Source: Lingula anatina (taxonomy: Eukaryota; Animalia; Brachiopoda). From it: 64,000 nucleotides of DNA. The DNA is taken from the NCBI GenBank assembly GCA_051362555.1, contig CM120640.1:34801967-34865966 (forward strand). The letters are read 5' to 3'. A program made the position numbers and the translations under genes. Position 1 is the stretch's first letter; every line of letters starts with the position of its first letter. This document shows positions 1 to 10,989 of this stretch, piece by piece. The notes below the pieces were generated by a model. That model searched no databases and was not told the origin of the DNA. It saw nothing but the letters and a program-made list of their open reading frames with translations.

Positions 1-90
1 TTCTTGACACGTTTTGTGTGAGTTTTGTGATAGTCTACTGTGTCTCTCTGGTGACTAGTGAAGACAAATCGAGGCATTTGTCTGAGAGGC
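1..90 (+). ncRNA. SNORD15: Box C/D snoRNA U15-like, copy 1 (3' part only)
   Basis: Near-identical to the 3' 90 nt of the other three copies. Guide CGAGGCATTTG, then box D CTGA at 82-85. C' box variant GTGAAGA. Intronic in PUM3. Confidence 0.85.
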
Positions 91-215
91 AAAAGATTCT
101 GAAATAAGTATTCTGAAAACTAAATGCATTGAGTGTAGAGTTCTTATTTATAAAACTTTTTTGTGCAATACATTTTTGTACAACATTTAAGATGAAGTGA
201 CATATTCTATTATAG

Positions 216-3200
216 CTGGTGTTTGCGCATGATACTGCCAGAGTGATTCAGTGTCTCATGAAGAATGGCAGCCAGGAACAAAGAACTGAATTATTTGAAG
301 AGCTGAAAGGTAAGACCCCATTTCCAGAGATCAGATCGATTTACTTTAGATCAACCTAACTCCCTGGGGGTTCACGCTAAATAGCTGTCAGCCGAGCGGA
401 CATGAAAGTTAATTACCCCCTTACAGCTTGTAGTAGGCGGGATGGACATTTAAGCCGGATTATCTGACCGTAATCTAGTGAGACTCCCCGCAGGGAAAGT
501 TCGATCTAAAAGCTCTGGGAATACAGCCTAAGTTTTTGAAAAGACTGTTCATCCCACTTGCAGTAAATATCAAGGACTGTTTAGTAGAATGTTTAAGGCT
601 TCATTCACATGCAATGTCTATTTTCTAAATTCTATTTTCTATTCGCGGTATGTCTTATGATCACGGTCTGTGCCCTGAATATCCCGCGGCGTAATTACTG
701 GCAATCGCGAGCCAGTTACTATAAGTTACTATAAGTAACTGGCTCGCGCTGCCAGTAATTACGCAGTGGGATTTTCAGGGCACAGACCGTGATCATAAGA
801 TAGCGCGAATAGTAAATAGATTTTTAGAAAATAGACATTCCATGTGAACGAAGCCTTAGTATTTTGTTCTGCATCTCATGAAGAATGTTTGAATTCCTCA
901 TTTAGTCAGTGTTTTATATTTTTTGTGATGCCTACACCTGACTTTTACTTACAGATGATTTAGTGGAACTTTGTAAAACCAAATACTCCAGCTTCTTTGT
1001 AAAGAAGGTTTTGAAATATGGGTGAGTGTTTGAGAAATGAAAGATGTTTGATACCTTTAAAAGCATTTGTTAAAAAAAGAGTTGTAGTTAAGTAACAAAG
1101 AGTTATAGTAACGTAAAATTATTCATTGATCAAGCTTTTTAAATGGTAAATGCATTTCTGAAACATATGATACTTTCACATTTATTTTAACATTCAAACT
1201 GTTTCGTCTTTGCATGTTATGCTATCATTGACATTTGAAATGAGTTTTTTTATACTTTAAAGCTTTCAAGGTTGGTGCCATTTGTAGAATTATTTACTTC
1301 ATTTTTTTTTTGTTACAGAACTAAAGCCCAGAAAAATGCAGTGTTTAAAGCCTTTCATGGAAATGTTAGGAAGATAGTGAGACACACTGTATGTCAAATA
1401 TTCTAAAACTATTGTCCTTTAGTAATGATAGATATTGATAAGTACTGGTTTCTTCAGATAGATATTGTCCTAAAAGCCATGGAGACATGACTAAGGAGTG
1501 AACAGAAGAAAAAAGTAGGCCCACTCCCAAATTAGGTTCAGATATATAAGACTTTTATAAAGACTTGAATGTTGCATATAGTATTTATTAATTTTTATAA
1601 GTTTATTAGGCAAGCTGTAATACTAGCACCATTGTTTTATGTTTATAGGTGGCAGCAGCTGTACTGGAATATGGTTATAATGAATATGCTACAGCAGCTC
1701 AGAGATCCGCTCTGATGGAAGAGTTTTATGGTCCAAGCTTTGCCTTGTTCAAGGTAAGATGTCTTCATGCATTGCTATTTCCATTTAACTTAAGGTAGTC
1801 CTCTCATATTAGCTTTTTTTGCGATCTGCGCAGGTTTCGCGCATGAGTAGTTTTTTGAGATAGCGGCTAATTATGAAAATAAGACATGCAATAAAATACG
1901 TAATTCATCTTTTTAAGAAATCTGTATGAAATCTTTGATGTTATTTTGGTCGAAGCGCTACGAATATGTCAACTATGCGTTGCGTATGAGTGAACGCTTG
2001 GTCTTTTACGACGTAAAGTACCCACTTGCGACTTTGTTTACAAATACCGCATGTAAGAAGTTACGCGAAGAAGGGATTGAAAAGAGCGTTTTAGTAAGGC
2101 TTGTATAGCAGTGACATGATCTTATCTCACGGAAAACATTCACAAGGGCTTGTATTTTGACCACAAAGTGTATTGCGGAGATTTGTCATATGGTTACGAT
2201 GTGTGCAACAAGACATTGCCTTCTTCAGCATTGGTTTCCGATCACCCAGGGCCAAGTAACAGTGATTTGTATGCTGAAAACAATTCTCTTCTTTCACAAT
2301 AAGTTAAAATAATTAGACTCATGGCGTTTTGTTGTTGATTTAAGTATGTTATTGAACAATATGACCTGCAAACAGTGCGATTTTCAGCTCTCCAGAAAAG
2401 ATGCAACTGGTGTGCACCCGCCTGGCGTGTTGCGACGTCATTCTTGTAATGGTTTTGTTAAAGTGCAAATGGACAAAACCATAAAACACACAACAGAGGA
2501 CCAAGGGTTTTTATGCAGATACATGTAATACTTTTTTGATGCTAGGAAAATAAACAGTATATTTTAGAAGATAAAGTGTACTTTATTCCAACTTTATCCT
2601 AATTTACCCAATCATAAACAAGAGACTTTAGTTTGTAAATTTATTACTTCACAGAAATTATTCAGCCCATAATGCATTAAAAGATAGTCTTGAGTTACAA
2701 AATTTAGTTAATTTTTGCAATGATGAAAGTGGAGAAAATCCTTTTTTTCTGATTTATTATTTTATCCCAGTCAATTGACTAAATCCTGTGTGAAACCTTT
2801 ACCAAATTCTGTAGAAAACCTTGTTTGTAAAAAAATAATTTCTCCATGTGAAGGAAAAAAATTAAGCTGTCAGGGTTAACATTTCAGAATTTGTAATTGC
2901 TTTTCAAAGAGAAGGTCTAGATGGTCTTTATTTTCTTCTCAGTGAAATCAATCCAAACACAAAAAACCACGAGTAACAAAATGCATAAAAGCAATAAAAA
3001 ATTGTATGATTTTTTTAATTTTAAAATTAATATGCATATTTATATGCTGTTGATATGTATTTGATTGCATGTTGTAAACATAATATGAAACAGAAATAAA
3101 CTGATAATCAAAGATGTCTGTAGATGAGTATTTTTGTCACCATCTTCCATATATAGTAAAGAAATATGACTAACTTACCATAGTAAGAAATTGATACATT

Positions 3201-6200
3201 GTTAATATACAAAGGAAACAATTTATCCAGCTATCTTACCATAAAGTGCATATTTTAGTACTGAGTAAGAAAAATAAAGAAACAAAAGAAATAAAAATAA
3301 AAAGGAATAAGAAAATAAGTCACATGAGATTGATATAATATGCTTTTGGTCAATCTGCCTAGCCTATGAAAAATAATATGATTAAAATTAAAATAAAAAA
3401 TGATATTGAAACATAATGAATTATCAAAAAAAATTTAAGGCACACATTTTTATGTACAGACACAGATGTGTCTGTACATATTGCCATCACCTGCGTCTGT
3501 CGTCGCCGCTGGCGATGGCGATGGCGATGCCGATGCCGGCGCCGTGCACTTTCCTTGTAAACACGATAAGTGGAGGGCAGTTTTACTTTTTGGCTTTATA
3601 TTTACAGAGCTGATGAATATTCATAAAACGCAGGTCAAGTTCGAAAATCAGCATGATCGGGCCATTATTGTAGAAGTTATGCTGTTTTTTCACTTTTCAG
3701 CATATTTTTCACATTTCCTCAGATTCAATTCTTAGGCATGTTAACAGTCTCATTATTAAACTAATAAGATACGTAAAAGTTTTTGTTTGACATTTCCTGC
3801 ATCTTTACAACATTGTTAGTTGATTTTGTAAAAATGATGGTAAACTTGTTATCATGTATTGTGTAATAAAGTTTCAAAAATGGAAATAAACTCATATCAT
3901 TCGGTTTGTCAGATTCAATCATTCACTATGTTCAGAATCTCAGAATGGAAGAAATTGGACATTTAACACTGCTCTGTTGATATTTTTCCCATCTCATCAA
4001 TTTTCTTAGTTGATAATATAAAAATGGCAGTAAACTGTTAATTTTGTTTTATGTTAAAAATTGTTAAAAATGGGAAAAAAAACATTTCAGAACAGTGCTG
4101 TCTTGTTTACATTTTGGCATTTTCAAGTTGTGACTTTGAAGTTCCATGGGCCTGAAGACCTTTGCTAGTCACATTTTCTGAATATCCATGATACTAATAT
4201 TTTATTCTTAAAAATTGATGGTCATCATGCTGTTAAACATTATGTAATATTGCATCAAAATTTGAAAAAAACCTATTTTGGGCACTGCTCCCATGATGAC
4301 CATTTAAGAAAAACCATGTCACTTACTGTTCTCAAACAGTACAGTAAATATATACAGATGTGTCTGTACATATTGCCATCACCTGCGTCTGTCGTCGCCG
4401 TCGCCGTCGTTGCCGTGCACTTTCCTTGTAAACACGATAAGTGGAAGGCAGTTTTACTTTTTGGCTTTATATTTACAGAGCTGATGAATATTCATAAAAC
4501 GCAGGTCAAGTTCTAAAATCAGCATGATCGGGCCATTATTGTAGAAGTTATGCTGTTTTTTCACTTTTCAGCATATATGCAACACTGTAAACACATTTCA
4601 AGGAAAACCGATAGGCCTGTTGTCGTGAAACTCTCAGGAATAATCGATCTTACTAAAACGGAGGTCAAGTTCGAAAATCGGCATGCAGCCTGAGTTGGAA
4701 AAGCAGTCTAATTGGCTTCTTTTTCTGGAAGTTATACATTTTCAAAGTGTGAACTTGAACTCTCATGGGCCTGAAGCCTTATGCTTGTTACACATTTTAC
4801 TTTCATTGGTATTACCTGTTGAGCATAATTAAAATTTGATGTTGAATTTACAGTTTAACATAATGTACTTTTGCATCTGAATTGACAGTAGCCTATTTTG
4901 TGCATAGTTATTTCCTGCTTTTTGTCTGTACATTTGACAGCTTTGCTGCCTTGTTTAAAAATGGCCCAGCCAGATTTTGACCCAGGAAGATCCCTGTTAT
5001 TTGATTTTTTATTTCATCCCATTCAATTAACAAAATCCTGTGTTCAACCTTTAGCAAATTCTACATAATACCTAGTTTATAATAATAATTTCTTCATGTT
5101 TAGGGGAAAAATCAAGATGTCGTGGTTAATATATCAGCATTTGCACATGTCATTTCAAAGAGGTCTAGATGGTCTTTATTGTCTTCTATATGTAGAATTA
5201 ATCTAAACACAAAAAAGAGTAACAGAATGTATAAAGTAATAAGAAAAATGCATGTAGGATGTCTTTAATGCCTAAATTTTAAAAATGTATGTATATTTAT
5301 TATATATATTTATTTGATTTCATGTTGTAAATATAATATGAAATCGAAATAAACTGATAACCAAAAGATGTCTTTAGACGAATATTCTAACTTTTTTGCC
5401 ACCTAGTTTCCAAAGTACGTTTGTCAAGAAATATGGCTACATGTAACGTACCAGTAGTAAGAAATTGATACATTGTTTAAACAATGTATATTAAAATATA
5501 CAAAGCAAACAATCTATCAAGCTATCTTAAAAATGTATAAAACAGTAAGAAAAAAGGAATAGGAAGATAAAAGTCACAAGAGATTGATACATGTGCTTGT
5601 AGGTCCAGCCTATGAAAAATCCAATATGGCGGCATTCCATGAGGCATACTGAAATCCAACTGATACTTTCAACATATTAATATCTATTTATTATGAATGG
5701 GATAAGCAAACTTTATGAAATTTGGTTAGCTGATGCAGAGAAGTATAAATATAATTTTCATGGAAGCAAAATAAATGTATGAGTTAAAAAACCCACGATA
5801 CAAAACACATTTATTTAAATTTGCTTGGAAATTTCCATTGATTCCTATGTAAATTTGATAAAAATCGATGTTCAAGCAGCCCTGGCTCAAAAACAAGCAT
5901 GGTGTGGTACATATTTTTTTGTAAATTTCTTTGAGGTCTACCAAGATCTATAACATATCCACATAAAATTAAAATCGCTAGGGCAGAATTTTTTTATTTT
6001 TGCATTTTTCAGCAAAATTAAGGGCATTTTGGCAAAATCCCCATATAACGCAATGTAATAAACGTAGCGTTTTTCGGGACGCCACCTCTCGAAAACGAGC
6101 GTGGTGACCCCCAATTTTTTTTTCATATTTTTTACTCATATGGTAAGAAGATTTTGTCTTACAATTTTAATCAAAATCGCTAGGGCAGAAATATGAAATC

Positions 6201-9200
6201 TGAAATATGAAATCTGAAATATGAGAGAGCGTCCTTAAAACATGAAGTTCATATGTACCATAAGATGTATTTTTTCATATTAATCATAAGACTACAAGTT
6301 CATCATTCTGAATTCATTTGTGAGGTTAGTTTGAAATGGGTACATAGCTCTGAATTTTAGAAATTAAAGTAGAGCGTTAATAATCAATTTCAATGTAAAT
6401 AAATTATGTTCAGTAGAATTTAATGGTGTGGTATATTTTATATACTGTTTTTTTGTCTCAGTGATGATCCGATGACGAGACTGACTGCCAGTAAGAACAA
6501 TTGATGACCCACTTTTCTTGACACGTTTTGTGTGAGTTTTGTGATAGTCTGCTGTCTATCTGGTGTCTAGTGATGACAAATCGAGGCATTTGTCTGAGAG
6601 ACAAACTCTGTTACATTTTTGTTCTCATATATATTCATGTATGGGTAGAAATTCACAGAATTGTATTAATTAACCAAAAAAAAGGCTAAAAATTCTTGTT
6701 TGTGATTTTAGTCCCCAAATGTCACAACTTTAGAGCAGATTCTCAAGGAACAGCCCACGAGGAGAGACATGATCCTAAGCAACATGAAGGAGGCCATTAC
6801 ACCTCTAGTAGATAAGTAAGTTGACCTTATATTTAATACTGAAAATTAGTATCTATATGTCATTTGAACTTGACTTGTACAGTGTTCATTTTGACATTTT
6901 AAAGAATGCTATAAACATGTAAAATTTATCCAGAATGAATAATAACTTGGCAGCACAAACTGTTTTGAGAAACATTTTGTTGAAAATGTATATTTGATGT
7001 TGGTGTTCTGAAGTTTCTTCTCTTATCAATTTTCAGAACCGTGTTGAGCCATACTATTGTCCACAGGGCTTTTTTTGAGTACTTCACATATGCATCAAAC
7101 AAGGCCAGGATGGTGAGTATGAATATAATTGATATTGAAGTGTTGCCATTTAATTGTTTTAAATGAGATTTTGATGGACATTAATAAATTTGAGAATGTC
7201 AGAAGAGAAAAATTTTGTGGTTAAAAAGTCATTTGCAGTCAATGTGTTATATAGGCAAAAATATTTTGATATGTAACATCAGATAAGGTGTAACAGTAGT
7301 AAAGTAAGCTGTAGAAGAAAGACATTCTCAGTGGTGTTACAACATATTTATATATTGCATTGTGTGTGGTTGGCATTTTCAGGACATGATTGAGCTCCTA
7401 AGAGAGAACATCGTCCACATGGTGCACACGCGAGATGGGTCCAGAGTAGCCATGTACTGTATTTGGTATGGGACTGCTAAGGTGAATACTTGCTTCTACC
7501 TGGATGCTAGGATATGCTTGATTATCATACAGTAATTTTTGTCTATGTGTGTTACTGTAAATTTGGAGCGTGTTTAAATTGAATTAGCAGTAAATATTTT
7601 GGAAGATTGTGTCCTCTTAGTTGTAATGCGAATTTTGCCATAGAATGTAACATTGACACATCCTCAGCATATGGCATAATGCCATTCAAAAAGAAAATGT
7701 GAAAGCAATGTCATTTACCTGAAAATGGGTAGTTCTTCAAAACTGTTATATGTCAAGCTTTAAAGTATGATTACTTTTATTTTTAGGACCGCAAGGTGAT
7801 AATCAAGTCTTTCAAGGGCCATGTTGTGAAGTTGTGTAAGGAGGAGTATGGACACATGGTGATGCTGGCTCTGTTTGATGCTGTAGATGATACCAAGTTG
7901 ATGGAGAAAGCAGTTTTACAGGTACTGCAGAAATTGAATGTCTTTTTCGTCTTACAAAATTGCAGGACTTCCTGCAGAGTGAAAATTTAGACAAGCCAAA
8001 ATAATTGACTAAATCAAGAATAAATTTGGTCAGAAAGTGGTTATTTGCCTTATGTAATCTTTAGACAACTTAAAATTTGTTCAGCTTTCCTTTTAAATTT
8101 ACTCTGATAGAGTGAGCCTAGAGTTGTAATAACTGTGACATAATGTCCATTACTCTGCAAATAATTGAAAAAATTATCTATAGTTGTGCTGATTTTGTTT
8201 GTCTCAGTGATGATCTGATGACGAGACTGACTGCCAGTAAGAACAAACGATGACTCACTTTTCTTGACACGTTTTGTGTGAGTTTTGTGATAGTCTGCTG
8301 TCTCTCTGGTGTCTAGTGATGACAAATCGAGGCATTTGTCTGAGAGACAATTGGAAATTAAGCATATCTAGCAAAGCTAGTCAGTTAAAAGGATTTACTG
8401 GATATAGTATCCCAGCTTTTCCATAAAAGAAATATTGTTGTGGGAATTTATTTTTGTGGCCATCGTCTTCTAAAGAAGTTACAGCCAGAATTGCATGTAG
8501 TGTTTTGTGCTTCTTATACTGTTGTTTTTGTATCTTTCAAATTGTATATTCTACTTCTCCAGGAAATGTTTAATCCCTTCATGAAGTAAGCTTCCACAAG
8601 TATATACGCCCTGATGGTTTCTTTGCACCTGCCCACTTACCTGAACTGATCCTATTCTCATAGTATTTTGCTTCATTGATTTTGTTTTTATTACTCTTGC
8701 AGGAAATGTTGAAATCTCTGTATGAAGTTTGCTTTGACCAGTATGGACTGAAGGTTTTGCTGTACCTGCTCAGTCCCAGGGATCAGGTGTATTTCCACCC
8801 TGATGTGATCAAGGTGTTGGAGCTGGGAGATGCCAACCCTAACAGGTAGCAGCGATTGTTCTCATTCAGCTTGCCTAATACTGTGTTCGTGTATATTTCT
8901 ACTTTGCTTTCTGATGTTATAGTTGAATCATCATTACTTCATCTTGTACAAAACAAATGTGTTGGTTATCTTAATAAATTTTGTGTCCGTGATGCTTGAA
9001 GTTTTGAATATTACACAATACTGCTAATAAATATATGCTGACTTATTCATATGATGGTACTTAGTCTAGTATACTTTGACCTGTATGGTTGTAAACAGGC
9101 GTCCTGTGTTATAGTTATTGCTGGATTAAATTATCAAATGAATTGATGTTGCTGTATTATAACAGTAAAAAAGACGCGGCTGTGAGAAGGAAAGAGTTGT

Positions 9201-10989
9201 TGAGTGCCGTGTCCAGCCCTCTGCTTCAGTTCATAGTGGATCATACCAAGGAACTGGTGATGAGCAACTCCAGACTGCTGCTTATATTGGACATCTTGAC
9301 CCATGCTGAAGGTAGATGGTATAAACTTTTCCTTGTTTTTATTAAACTAGAGAAATTTTGATAGCATACAGTGCATGTCAGACCTCCCACAGCAAATATA
9401 AATTTCAAGCAATTTGTTTGTAAGCATTATCATTACGATTAAATTCACCAGTCTCTGTGCCCATTACTTAGGGTAGTGGCTCAAAATTGGAAACTTAAAA
9501 TTCAAAACCAGTTAAAAGAACGTGATTTGTTGTTGGTTTTGGATATGCTTTACTCTGGTTATTCAGGGAAAAGTTGAAATCTCTTGAAAAATTAAAAGTT
9601 TTGCTATTTAAAGGAGTTATGCTCATGTTGTGAATTCTATGAAACGTGCAATGAAACAGTCTTACAGCATATACTATATTGGCTGTTATTTTTCTTCCTG
9701 CCTGAAGAATTATTTAACTCAGTTTGATTATTTTAATCATTTTATTATTATTATTATTATTATTTGAAAATTATTTGAAAATGTGAAAATTTCGACTGTC
9801 TCAGTGATGATCTGATGACGAGACTGACTGCCAGTAAGGACAGTTGATGACCCACTTTTCTTGACACGTTTTGTGTGAGTTTTGTGATAGTCTTCTGTCT
9901 CTCTGGTGTCTAGTGATGACAGATCGAGGCATTTGTCTGAGAGACGGTTACTAATTAAAGAAAGATGATTAGAAAAACAAATAATCTGAAACCTTATGTA
10001 CTAATTTCAGATAACTTGTTGTGTAAAAAGGAATGTACAGGTAAAAGTGAGAAAATTTATTTTTATTTGCAATGCATTTTTTTTTTACCACCAGGTGACC
10101 CCACTGCAGCAATGGAGGCCATTTGCAAAATTGCCGCTGAGCCATTTGTGAGTGGTAGTCTTGAGAACTTTCACATTATTGAGCACCCAGCAGGTCACAT
10201 GACTCTAAAGAAGCTGATAAAAAATGATGCTGAGAGGATGAAACAGAATGAAAAAGGTTATTATTTTATATAGGGTATAGTGAAGAGTATTAAGATTTTA
10301 CTAGGTATTTGTAATTTGTTTTACCTTTGAGAAGCCTTAAAAGTAATACAACTGTCACAATAAAGACAGTCTGACAAATTTTGAATTTTTATATGAACCT
10401 GCATTTAAAATAATGTTTTTTTTTTGTTTTCAGTGCTGTTTACAGACATACTTCTGAGAACCGTGTCTGAGAGTTCACTGAAGTCCTGGGCAGCTTGTAA
10501 CAGGGGATGCTTTATTTTGATAACGTAAGCACATTTTTTTCTAAAGGCATTTTTTAATATGCTGCACCTGACATTTTGCAAACCTAGGCCATAAGTTTTA
10601 AAAATATCTGCACCTTCAGCTTATTTAATTTTTGTGGAGTGCATCTTGTGAAAAAAAAGGCAATTACTGTAAGTAACCTATAATCAGGAAGTACCTGTTT
10701 GCAGACTGACTGTTGGTAAAATGTAATTTGATTTTTAATTTCATGTCTGGATTGATATTTGTTTCAATTATTGGGCATTCTGAAACTTCAGTTAATAATA
10801 CTACATGTATGTTATTTGTTGATGTACCCATTCTCTATATGCGTTTTTTGCAACTTCAGCATTTTAGAATTGAACAATGAAAAGATGTCTGCAGAAGTGA
10901 AGAAACGGTTAACCTCTGTTAAGAAGTCACTGGGTAAGATGGAGTTCAAGGGGGCACAGATTCTACAGGGCAAACTAAATGAAGCATGA
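216..10989 (+). CDS. PUM3: Pumilio homolog 3 (Puf-A/Puf6-like nucleolar RNA-binding protein); 5' exons lie upstream of the window
   Basis: Phase-consistent GT-AG exons 216-309, 955-1021, 1319-1388, 1649-1753, 6712-6815, 7037-7112, 7383-7481, 7787-7921, 8703-8845, 9166-9311, 10095-10256, 10434-10524, 10860-10989. Translation has PUM3/Puf6 motifs FAHDTARVIQC, HMVHTRDGSRVAM, KDRKVIIKSFK, FDAVDDTKL, SKKD..VRRKELL, IEHPAGHMTLKKLI, WAACNRGCFIL. Confidence 0.95.
316..530. mobile_element. Degenerate palindromic MITE-like element in a PUM3 intron
   Basis: Imperfect inverted arms: ATTTCCAGAG...TAGATCAACCTAACTCCCTGGGGG versus CCCCGCAGGGAAAGTTCGATCTA...CTCTGGGAAT. Confidence 0.45.
597..855. mobile_element. 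Almost fully palindromic MITE (Harbinger-like or TA-targeting)
   Basis: ~125-bp inverted arms GGCTTCATTCACATG...CATGTGAACGAAGCC, flanked by TAA and TTA. Confidence 0.8.
1794..6234 (+). mobile_element. Kolobok-type DNA transposon, decayed, filling most of a PUM3 intron
   Basis: TTAA on both sides (1790-1793, 6235-6238). Imperfect TIR GGTAGTCCTCTCATATT / AATATGAGAGAGCGTCC. Remnant RFVVDLSMLLNNMTCKQCDFQLSRKDATGVHPPG (~2320-2430) resembles the CxxC N-terminal part of Kolobok transposases. Internal diverged duplication ~2740-3370 versus ~5000-5620. Confidence 0.7.
3447..4797 (+). mobile_element. Two tandem HINE/Helentron-like non-autonomous copies nested in the Kolobok element
   Basis: T-run, then hairpin ATGTACAGACACAGATGTGTCTGTACAT (3452-3479), then a GTCGCC/GATGGC microsatellite. 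The ~240-bp head is repeated at ~4354-4575. Similar 3' ends CATGGGCCTGAAG...ACATTTT at ~4145-4177 and ~4765-4797. Confidence 0.45.
6455..6602 (+). ncRNA. SNORD15: Box C/D snoRNA U15-like, copy 2
   Basis: Terminal stem TTTGTCTC/GAGACAAA, box C GTGATGA 6461-6467, guide GATGACGAG plus D' CTGA, C' GTGATGA, guide CGAGGCATTTG plus box D CTGA 6594-6597. 148 nt. Both guides are complementary to conserved 28S CAAAUGCCUCGUCAUC. Layout matches my recollection of vertebrate U15. Confidence 0.9.
8201..8348 (+). ncRNA. SNORD15: Box C/D snoRNA U15-like, copy 3
   Basis: Same boxes, guides and terminal stem (TTGTCTC/GAGACAA). 148 nt. In PUM3 intron 7922-8702. Confidence 0.9.
8563..8652 (+). pseudogene. Decayed duplicate of the PUM3 exon that starts at 8703
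   Basis: CAG|GAAATGTTTAATCCCTTCATGAAGTAAGCTTCCACAAGTAT aligns with CAG|GAAATGTTGAAATCTCTGTATGAAGTTTGCTTTGACCAGTAT. It keeps its own pyrimidine tract and AG. Confidence 0.6.
9798..9945 (+). ncRNA. SNORD15: Box C/D snoRNA U15-like, copy 4
   Basis: Same boxes and guides, terminal stem ACTGTCTC/GAGACGGT. 148 nt. In PUM3 intron 9312-10094. Confidence 0.9.

Noticed and set aside
8050-8325. 91-aa minus-strand ORF
   Set aside because: Antisense to snoRNA copy 3 and intron sequence, with no recognisable motif.
8985-9045. GTGATGC...CTGA in another PUM3 intron as a further snoRNA
   Set aside because: Imperfect box C, no terminal stem and no rRNA complementarity that I could recognise.
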